Of a DNA stretch of 64,000 bases, positions 57,547-64,000 are shown piece by piece (position 1 is the first letter of the stretch; each line of letters opens with the position of its first letter). The stretch is taken from the NCBI GenBank assembly GCA_913058275.1, contig CAJXQP010000001.1, forward strand, positions 4,901 to 68,900, written 5' to 3'. Position numbers and translations under genes: made by a program. The notes under the pieces were generated by a model, which was not told the origin of the DNA, did not search any database, and saw only the letters and a program-made list of their open reading frames with translations. This DNA is from an uncultured Gammaproteobacteria bacterium (GTDB taxonomy: Bacteria; Pseudomonadota; Gammaproteobacteria; Pseudomonadales; Pseudohongiellaceae).

Positions 57547-58374
57547 TTACGCCGGCTTCTGCAGGCGCGTTCTAAAATCGTACCAGCTATCTAAAAGTGC
57601 AAGCAGCACGATCAAATTCGCTATTAATGGCAACACGATTAGTGCGTACAGCACAGCTAACCAGAGGCTCGATAACTTCTTCGCCGCCACCACCGCATGT
57701 ATTAGGGCAAGCCCTGAGAACATCAGCGGTAAAACCAAATACAGCATCCAAGCTTGCGGGATGAGTATTCCAAAATTTGCCAGCATCATTGAGCCGACTA
57801 GGATCAGCGCTACTTTTTGTTCTACCCGCAGTCCATGGAATTCTTTTTGAAATCCACCGGGATTGAACACTGCAGCCTGCATCCAGCGAGACAGCATTAG
57901 TAGGACTATGGAGAGAAACATATAGACCGCGCCCATAAAGCTGGTCAGAACATTTCTCAGCGCATCCAGTTGCTCGCCTTGTATGCCGTTTGCATCGAAG
58001 TAGGGCCGCATCTGCATAAAAGCAAAATCCAACACTGCCGGCTGCAACCGCAAATAAACCTCTACGCAAATGCCAATGGCAATTGCACCTAACAAGGTAA
58101 ATTCCCAAGACTCTGTAGCTCGCAGAAGCCCTGCCAATCCGGTAATTCCCAACAACATAATCAAGGGAACTGGATCGCCTGCTACGGCCCACCCACCAAT
58201 CGGTAAAATGGCCCAAACTAAAACTTGCGTGGCCTCGGTCAAACCTTTGCGTAATACGACTAAGCCAACTACTACCGGGCTTAAAAAATTTAAAATCGGT
58301 ATTAGGCCTAACAGCAGCACCGCCATTATGGCTTGCTTGCGTCCCTTCATTACGAATTCAGCAAGGCCGCGCAT
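57547..58374 (-). CDS. Polytopic inner-membrane protein of unknown function inside the rpsF-rpsR-rplI operon
   Basis: 275 aa and highly hydrophobic. A hypothetical membrane protein occupies the same position between rpsR and rplI in Pseudomonas (from memory). Confidence 0.6.
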   Translation of the reverse strand: MRGLAEFVMKGRKQAIMAVLLLGLIPILNFLSPVVVGLVVLRKGLTEATQVLVWAILPIGGWAVAGDPVPLIMLLGITGLAGLLRATESWEFTLLGAIAIGICVEVYLRLQPAVLDFAFMQMRPYFDANGIQGEQLDALRNVLTSFMGAVYMFLSIVLLMLSRWMQAAVFNPGGFQKEFHGLRVEQKVALILVGSMMLANFGILIPQAWMLYLVLPLMFSGLALIHAVVAAKKLSSLWLAVLYALIVLPLIANLIVLLALLDSWYDFRTRLQKPA

Positions 58375-58386
58375 ACTTATAACCTT

Positions 58387-58617
58387 TTAAACCTGATGAC
58401 TATCCGTGTAAGGAATCAACGCCAAGTAGCGCGCACGCTTAATTGCTGTTGAAAGCTGACGCTGATAGCGAGCCTTTGTGCCTGTGATTCTGCTAGGGAC
58501 AATCTTGCCCGTCTCAGAAACATACGCTTTCAAAGTTTCAAGATCTTTGTAATCTATTTGTACTGTGCCTTCTGCTGTGAATTTGCAGAATTTACGTCGT
58601 CTAAAATAACGAGCCAT
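58387..58617 (-). CDS. rpsR: 30S ribosomal protein S18
   Basis: [17 protein letters not shown]...ARYLALIPY. 76 aa. Confidence 0.95.
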   Translation of the reverse strand: MARYFRRRKFCKFTAEGTVQIDYKDLETLKAYVSETGKIVPSRITGTKARYQRQLSTAIKRARYLALIPYTDSHQV

Positions 58618-58679
58618 AATTTTTATCCTGTCTATCTATCTCTATTCTTTCTAGGAAAGGGTTTGGAAGTTGCAGTAAC

Positions 58680-59198
58680 TTAGTCCTGCTTCTCTGCATC
58701 AGCTTCAGGTGCAGCCGCTTCTTCAGCTGGTGCTTCTTCAACAACAGGAGCCTCTTCAGCAGGAGCGGCAGCTTCTTCAGCTGCTTTTGCTGCGGCGGCT
58801 TTCGCTGCCGATGCGGCGGCGGCGTCATCTTCCATCTTGCGCTTCTGCTCGGCACGTTGCTTGCGCTCTTTACCTTCGCGCTCGCCCTTCAGAATAAAAG
58901 TTTCTTCCGTTACAGGCGCCTTTGTCTTAATAACAAGGTTACGAATAACCGCGTCATTAAAGCGAAATAGAGTAGTAAGTTCTTCCAAAGCTTCACCGTT
59001 ACACTCAATGTTCATGAGTACGTAGTGTGCTTTGTGAATCTTATTTATTGGGTAGGCGAGTTGGCGTCTGCCCCAGTCTTCCAATCGGTGAATCTGTCCA
59101 CCGCTATCGGCCATCAACTGAGTATAGCGCTCGATCATCCCTGAGACCTGTTCGGACTGGTCGGGATGCACCAAGAATACAATTTCATAGTGTCTCAT
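58680..59198 (-). CDS. rpsF: 30S ribosomal protein S6 with a long Ala/Glu/Pro-rich C-terminal tail
   Basis: [18 protein letters not shown] start. The ~60-aa low-complexity tail reads ..[42 protein letters not shown]. Confidence 0.9.
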   Translation of the reverse strand: MRHYEIVFLVHPDQSEQVSGMIERYTQLMADSGGQIHRLEDWGRRQLAYPINKIHKAHYVLMNIECNGEALEELTTLFRFNDAVIRNLVIKTKAPVTEETFILKGEREGKERKQRAEQKRKMEDDAAAASAAKAAAAKAAEEAAAPAEEAPVVEEAPAEEAAAPEADAEKQD

Positions 59199-59302
59199 AG
59201 AGACTCCTTCTGGGTTAATGCCTTCCTCAGCACTGATGTGCGCGGTAAGACAAGGAGTTATGTAGCTACGGAAACTAGTCCCGCAGATAAAAACGAGGGG
59301 GA

Positions 59303-59331
59303 ATTCTAGGGATTCTGAGTGGGGGATGCAA
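59303..59331 (-). promoter_or_regulatory. Candidate sigma-70 promoter of the rpsF operon
   Basis: The minus strand reads TTGCAT, a 17-nt spacer, TAGAAT, then a GC-rich discriminator (TCCCCCTCG). This would leave a ~95-nt leader before the rpsF ATG. Confidence 0.5.
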
Positions 59332-59434
59332 GCTTTACTCTTACTTAGAGGGGCTAAATCACGGTTAATAGGCCGTTTATTGCTATTTGATTGCGCGCCG
59401 GATGACTATTGCCTATTTATTACTTAACTCATAT

Positions 59435-60199
59435 TTAACTATTACTGCTAATTCGCTGCCTACGGGCCTCATACAGACAGACTCCCGTCGCCACTGATAC
59501 ATTTAGACTGCTTAGCGCGCCCGCCATAGGGATAGATATCAGAAAGTCGCAACTCTTGCGCGTTAGACGGCGTAGGCCACTGCCCTCCGAGCCCATGATC
59601 AACGCTATCGCACCGCTGAAATCCTGATCATAGACGGAGCTGTCAGCCTGATCGGCGGCTCCTACGAGCCAAATGCCCTCTTCCTTCAGCTTGTCCAGAC
59701 AACGAGCTAGGTTCGTCACCGTGGCGAGATTGACCGTTTCAGCAGCCCCGCAGGCCACCTTGCGTACTGTAGCGTTCAGGCTTGCGGAGTTATCTTTGGG
59801 AATAATCACGGCATCGACGCCTGCCGCGTCTGCGCTGCGTATGCAGGCCCCTAGGTTATGAGGATCGGTAACACCATCCAGTATCAGTAATAAAGGTGGA
59901 TGGTCTAGACCCTTCAGCAACTCGAACAGGCTATTTTCCGACAGAGTGCTGTTTTCGAATTCCGCGATGGCGGCGACACCCTGATGCACTCCCTCAAATT
60001 CTCTCTCGAAGGCTTTCTTGCTGAGCTCTTCTACCGTTACATTCCCGCCAGCCGCTAGCTGGCGAAGCTCATTGATGCGCTTGTCGTTTCTGCCAACCTG
60101 GATTAGTAGGCGGCTTACAGATTCGGGTCGCTGAACGAGTAGTTCGGAAACCGCATGTATGCCGATTACTTTTGCCTGATTGTCTTTTTCGTTCTTCAT
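59435..60199 (-). CDS. rlmB: 23S rRNA (guanosine-2'-O)-methyltransferase RlmB (SpoU family)
   Basis: SpoU motifs (LILDGVTDPHNLGA, ALIMGSEGSGLR) in the conserved position after rnr. Confidence 0.9.
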   Translation of the reverse strand: MKNEKDNQAKVIGIHAVSELLVQRPESVSRLLIQVGRNDKRINELRQLAAGGNVTVEELSKKAFEREFEGVHQGVAAIAEFENSTLSENSLFELLKGLDHPPLLLILDGVTDPHNLGACIRSADAAGVDAVIIPKDNSASLNATVRKVACGAAETVNLATVTNLARCLDKLKEEGIWLVGAADQADSSVYDQDFSGAIALIMGSEGSGLRRLTRKSCDFLISIPMAGALSSLNVSVATGVCLYEARRQRISSNS

Positions 60200-60255
60200 G
60201 GTGATCGTCGTTATTTTTGTTAAGACCGAGTTTACACTTTCGACTAAGCTAGCAG

Positions 60256-62793
60256 CTACGCTTTAGGCTTCGCGCTCGGTTTCTTTCTGCGACTAGACGA
60301 AGGTTTCTTTTTAGGCTTTCCAGATTCAGCACTGGTCTTCTTTCCAGGAGTCTTTGTCGCAGTAGACGCTCCCTTACCAGATTTAGACTCCACATTTGCT
60401 TGGCGCTTCTTGTGCTTCAATTTCTTAGAGGGCTTCGGCTTCTTCGAAGAATCTGTTTTCTTCTTGGCGTGATTTTCTTTCTTCGATTGCGGCTTTTTAG
60501 AGTCCGGTTTTTTGGCTTTCGACTTGCCGAATTTTTTAGCCGACTGCTTCAGGCCAACCATCTGCAGGTCGATCTTCTTTTCATCTAAATCAACGCGCAC
60601 AACTTTGACTTCAACGCTGTCACCCAGACGATAGGTCTTCTGGCTGCGCTCACCACTCAGACTATGATGCACTGGGTCGAAGTGGTAGTAGTCGTTGCTA
60701 AGCTCGCTAATATGCACCAAGCCTTCGACGTAAATTTCATTTAGCTCTACAAACAAACCAAAACTCGTCACCGAGGTAACAGTGCCAATGAACTCGTCTC
60801 CCACCCGGTCCTGCATGTATTCGCATTTCAGCGCATCGATGACGCTATAGCTCGCGGCATCAGCGCGACGCTCAGAAGTAGAACAGATCACGCCCAACTC
60901 GACCATCTGTTTTAAGTCGAATGGGTAAATTGCTTTCTTCGCAAGATCAGCCGCTCCGGGCTGCTTCTTAACATGAGCGCCGGGCTTGTTACGAACTAGG
61001 TAACGGATGGCACGATGCACCAACAAGTCTGGGTAACGACGAATGGGCGAAGTGAAGTGCGCATAGGCATCATAGCCCAAACCGAAATGCCCTAAATTAT
61101 CAGGCGAATAGACCGCCTGCATCAAGGAACGAATCAGCATCGTCTGCAATAAAATACGATCGGGGCGACCCGCCATCTGCTTCAGTACATACTGATAGTC
61201 CGCGGGCTCTGGCTTGTCTCCACCTGGTAGATGCAGATCCAGCTCCTTGAGGAACATGCGCAAATTATCTAGCTTCGCCGGATTCGGGCCTTCATGCACA
61301 CGGTACAGAGCGGGCAGCTTAGAGTTTTCCAAAAGGCGTGCCGCAGCGACGTTCGCGCACAGCATGCATTCTTCGATCAAGCGATGCGCGTCGTTGCGAA
61401 ACACCGGGACGATCTCTCGTATCTTCCTATCTTCACCGAATACGATGCGCGTTTCCGTCGTGTCGAAATCCATAGCGCCGCCACTATCTCTTACGGCTCT
61501 TAGCGCATGGAAAAGAGAATACAGATTCTCAAAGTGCTCAATGAGGGACTCATGACGCTTCTTAATAGTTGCCTGTATGCTCTTCTGAGCATCGTTCTCG
61601 GCAAGTTCCACGATATCGGAAACTTCGTTGTAGGTCATACGCCCATGAGAATGGATAACTGCTTCATAAAAACTGTAGTCAGTCATCTCACCACTTGCCG
61701 AGATCTCCATCTCGCACACCATCGTCAGTCTGTCGACTTTGGGCTTCAATGAGCAGAGGCCATTGGAAAGTTTTTCGGGCAACATGGGAATCACGTGACC
61801 TGGGAAATAGACAGAGGTCGCTCGCGTAATAGCTTCATCATCTAGCGCGCTGCCGATCTTCACGTAGTGTGAAACATCGGCGATCGCAACGAAGAGTGTC
61901 CAGCCGCCCTCTTTATGCTGACGAGCAAATACCGCATCATCGAAATCTTTCGCGTCTTCGCCATCGATGGTAACGAATGGGATGTCGCGCAAATCGGCGC
62001 GTCCCTGAAGATCAGCTTCGCCGACCTCTTCCGAAAAGCGATAGGTTTCTTTCTCTACGGCGGAAGGCCAGACATGGGGAATATCGTGACTGCGCACAGC
62101 TACTTCTATTTCTAGACCGGGAGTCGTGCTGTCGCCGAGAACCTCGACAATTTTCGCGACAGCCTTGCGTCGCTTGCTAGGATATTCGGTAATTTCTGCA
62201 ACGACGAACTGACCATCTTTTGCACTGCCCGCGTTCTGATCTGGAATCAGAATCTCATGGCTCACTCGCTTGCTATCAGGAACCAGAATGCCGAATCCAT
62301 CTTCACGATAGTAGCGACCTACTATCTGCTCGAAGCGGCGCTTAAGTATCTCGACTATCATGCCTTCGCGCCGGCCACGGTTATCAAAACCAGAATGCCG
62401 CGCAAGCACCTCATCGCCATCGAATAGCTTCTCCATCTCCCGCGTACCAAGGAACATATCCCCGGAACCGTCTTCAGGAATGAAGAAGCCATAGCCGTCT
62501 TTGTTACCCTGTATGCGACCCTTGAGCAGGTCCATATGCGCAGCCAAGCCGAATAGGCCCCGACGATTGCTGATGATCTGACCATCACGACTCATCGCGA
62601 TGAGTCGCCGACGTAGCGCCTCGATCTGCTCCTCGGAGGTTAATTTCATCTGCTCACACAGCGCCAGATGTCCGATTGGCTCACCGATCTGTTCTAACAG
62701 TTGAAGAATAAATTCCCGGCTGGGAATGGGATTAGTGTAATTTTCAGCCTCACGCTGCGCGTGGGGATCTTTAGATTTTGGAGTTTTAGACAT
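60256..62793 (-). CDS. rnr: Ribonuclease R
   Basis: Cold-shock-like, RNB (..TIDGEDAKDFDDAV..) and S1 domains plus a Lys-rich C-terminal tail. 845 aa. Confidence 0.95.
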   Translation of the reverse strand: MSKTPKSKDPHAQREAENYTNPIPSREFILQLLEQIGEPIGHLALCEQMKLTSEEQIEALRRRLIAMSRDGQIISNRRGLFGLAAHMDLLKGRIQGNKDGYGFFIPEDGSGDMFLGTREMEKLFDGDEVLARHSGFDNRGRREGMIVEILKRRFEQIVGRYYREDGFGILVPDSKRVSHEILIPDQNAGSAKDGQFVVAEITEYPSKRRKAVAKIVEVLGDSTTPGLEIEVAVRSHDIPHVWPSAVEKETYRFSEEVGEADLQGRADLRDIPFVTIDGEDAKDFDDAVFARQHKEGGWTLFVAIADVSHYVKIGSALDDEAITRATSVYFPGHVIPMLPEKLSNGLCSLKPKVDRLTMVCEMEISASGEMTDYSFYEAVIHSHGRMTYNEVSDIVELAENDAQKSIQATIKKRHESLIEHFENLYSLFHALRAVRDSGGAMDFDTTETRIVFGEDRKIREIVPVFRNDAHRLIEECMLCANVAAARLLENSKLPALYRVHEGPNPAKLDNLRMFLKELDLHLPGGDKPEPADYQYVLKQMAGRPDRILLQTMLIRSLMQAVYSPDNLGHFGLGYDAYAHFTSPIRRYPDLLVHRAIRYLVRNKPGAHVKKQPGAADLAKKAIYPFDLKQMVELGVICSTSERRADAASYSVIDALKCEYMQDRVGDEFIGTVTSVTSFGLFVELNEIYVEGLVHISELSNDYYHFDPVHHSLSGERSQKTYRLGDSVEVKVVRVDLDEKKIDLQMVGLKQSAKKFGKSKAKKPDSKKPQSKKENHAKKKTDSSKKPKPSKKLKHKKRQANVESKSGKGASTATKTPGKKTSAESGKPKKKPSSSRRKKPSAKPKA

Positions 62794-63062
62794 TAAGGAA
62801 GAATACTAGAATTAAGAAGGCGGCATTATACACCCAGCAATCTACAAAGTATGTGACAACAGTCACTAGGGACAGGGGAGCCCAGGGTGTTGACAGGCTC
62901 ACTAATGCGTAGCATTTTGGACGCCCGCCTTACAGGGCGCCCCGCAGGGGTTGAAATCGCTCTAAGGCTAACAATCAACTCCTCGCCATGCGCCATCACC
63001 TTTTTTATATCGAGCCTCTTTGTTCCGAGCAAATGAATTAGTCTGTACCCTTTTATCCCTGT

Positions 63063-63091
63063 GTTGACAGCTTCCATAGCTCTCGTTAGAG
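63063..63091 (+). promoter_or_regulatory. Candidate promoter of tRNA-Leu
   Basis: TTGACA, a 17-nt spacer, TAGAGT, then a GC-rich discriminator (TGCGCTCC). It lies about 40 nt upstream of the tRNA 5' end. Confidence 0.4.
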
Positions 63092-63133
63092 TTGCGCTCC
63101 GGTCAATTCAAGACCGCACCCATCTAAGAATAT

Positions 63134-63220
63134 GCCCAGGTGGTGGAATTGGTAGACACGCTAGCTTCAGGTGCTAGTGATCGCAAGGTCGTGGAGGTTC
63201 AAGTCCTCTCCTGGGCACCA
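63134..63220 (+). tRNA. tRNA-Leu (anticodon CAG), CCA encoded
   Basis: 7-bp acceptor stem GCCCAGG/CCTGGGC, anticodon arm CTAGC-ttCAGgt-GCTAG, long variable arm, T-arm GGAGGTTCAAGTCCTC, and 3' ACCA. 87 nt. Confidence 0.9.
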
Positions 63221-63294
63221 GTAACGCCCGCAGACCTGTAGGCCACTAGACATAGGCATTATCCCCAAGATAGACTGCACACAAATTGCACACA

Positions 63295-64000
63295 ATGTCT
63301 ATTTCAATGAAGATATCTAAACTATCCCTTAGGGGCAAAACGTACAGCTATCGCTCACGGATTCCTCAGCATCTGAAGGAGCGATTTGCCTCCAACGGTA
63401 ACGACCCAGAAAAGGTCCTACAGATTTCGCTGAAGACTCACGATCCATCCATAGCCTTAGCTAGGAAGAAAATTGTTGATGATTGGATTGCAAATGGGGG
63501 TGTGGGCATTGTGGACTTTGTACCGCCAAGACAGCACTACCTCGAGCAACTGGCGCTAGTACATCAACAGCCTATAGATAAGCCGGACGGCCCTAACCTT
63601 TGGGGGACTCCAAGCGCCAGTGATTGACCCTTCGATACTGGATGGGCTACAGCAGGGAATCATCGATCCTAAGACCCTCACAGCAGAGACACTAGCCGCT
63701 ATCGCCACCTCTCTCGCAGATGCCACAGGGCAACCAATCCCAGCCAAATACAAATACACACTGAGGGATGCGCTCGGAGACTTCCGTAAGCTCAGACGTG
63801 GCGAAATTCAAGAGAAAACCTTAGCCGCCTATGACCGAGCGGTGGCCCTGTATCTGGATGACAAATCTGACGTTGCGCTTGATACCATCCAAGCCCCAGA
63901 GGTGGCGCTCTGGATTGACGGCCTCAAAGCCAAGACAGCACACGCAACGAGAGTCGACCACACAAATAGACTAGCTAAGTTATTTACAACGGCACTTAAA
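63295..64000 (+). mobile_element. Tyrosine-recombinase (phage-type integrase) gene next to tRNA-Leu; apparently frameshifted; 3' end outside window
   Basis: The N-terminal ORF (MSISMKISKLSLRGKTYSYRSRIPQHLKERF.., an integrase N-terminal motif) stops at 63625-63627. A second frame is open from 63596 to the window end. It encodes a core-binding-like region (..YTLRDALGDFRKLRRGEIQEKTLAAYDRAVALYL...VALWIDGLK..). Confidence 0.65.

Noticed and set aside
57587-58216. A 209-aa ORF in an alternative frame inside the membrane-protein gene. Similar long antisense or shadow ORFs occur at 10091-10453, 20402-20737, 24119-24475 and 39965-40219.
   Set aside because: They lie fully within well-supported genes and have low-complexity or Arg/Ser-rich composition typical of shadow frames. 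They have no start context or family resemblance.
58601-58855. An 84-aa ORF overlapping the rpsF 3' tail and the rpsF-rpsR spacer.
   Set aside because: It arises from the repetitive GCN/GAA-rich tail-coding DNA, which stays open in several frames. Its translation is low-complexity (Lys/Leu/Pro/Gln-rich).
62826-63077. An 83-aa minus-strand ORF between rnr and tRNA-Leu, and a second GTGTTGACAG box at 62887-62896.
   Set aside because: The ORF has no family resemblance and overlaps the likely rnr and tRNA promoter region. The upstream TTGACA has no acceptable -10 at proper spacing.
1-64000. I scanned for CRISPR arrays, rRNA genes, IS elements or transposases, toxin-antitoxin pairs and known defence-system genes.
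   Set aside because: I saw no regularly spaced direct repeats, no rRNA-like sequence, and no transposase or other recombinase apart from the integrase at the right edge. I recognised no defence-type domains in the translated ORFs.

Overview
Chromosomal segment of a gammaproteobacterium. The gene order is Pseudomonas/Cellvibrionales-like: nrdR-ribD-ribE-ribBX-ribH-nusB-thiL-pgpA-ribA, glyA, ettA, rpsF-rpsR-membrane protein-rplI-dnaB-alr-radA, and rnr-rlmB. The many exported hydrolases and redox proteins fit a marine heterotroph, but that is only a guess. About 1-16 kb and 50-63 kb are core housekeeping. About 16-50 kb looks more accessory, with signal-peptide hydrolases, haem and flavin proteins, small unknown proteins and an unusual number of decayed genes. 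ppc and mscS each carry one frameshift. A SulP-cNMP transporter, a YfcH-type epimerase and an FtsX-type permease are multi-lesion or truncated remnants. Main leads: (1) a four-gene minus-strand operon (36753-40951) encodes a Tat-exported flavin amine-oxidase-family enzyme, a dihaem c-type cytochrome, a DAACS symporter and an exported RidA. I read it as a periplasmic amine/amino-acid dehydrogenase module coupled to cytochrome c. (2) A two-gene module (11573-13373) encodes a protein with three tandem DnaT-like repeats and a lambda-P-like protein whose reading frame overlaps it by 89 nt. (3) A textbook MerR-type promoter (TTGACC, 19-bp spacer with a perfect 9-bp dyad, TATACT) lies in front of zntR plus a cysteine-rich permease. 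(4) tRNA-Leu(CAG) is followed by an apparently frameshifted integrase at the right edge, likely the start of a genomic island. I could not support any rRNA, CRISPR array, IS element or riboswitch. All calls come from reading the translated ORFs and the DNA by eye; no database search was run.
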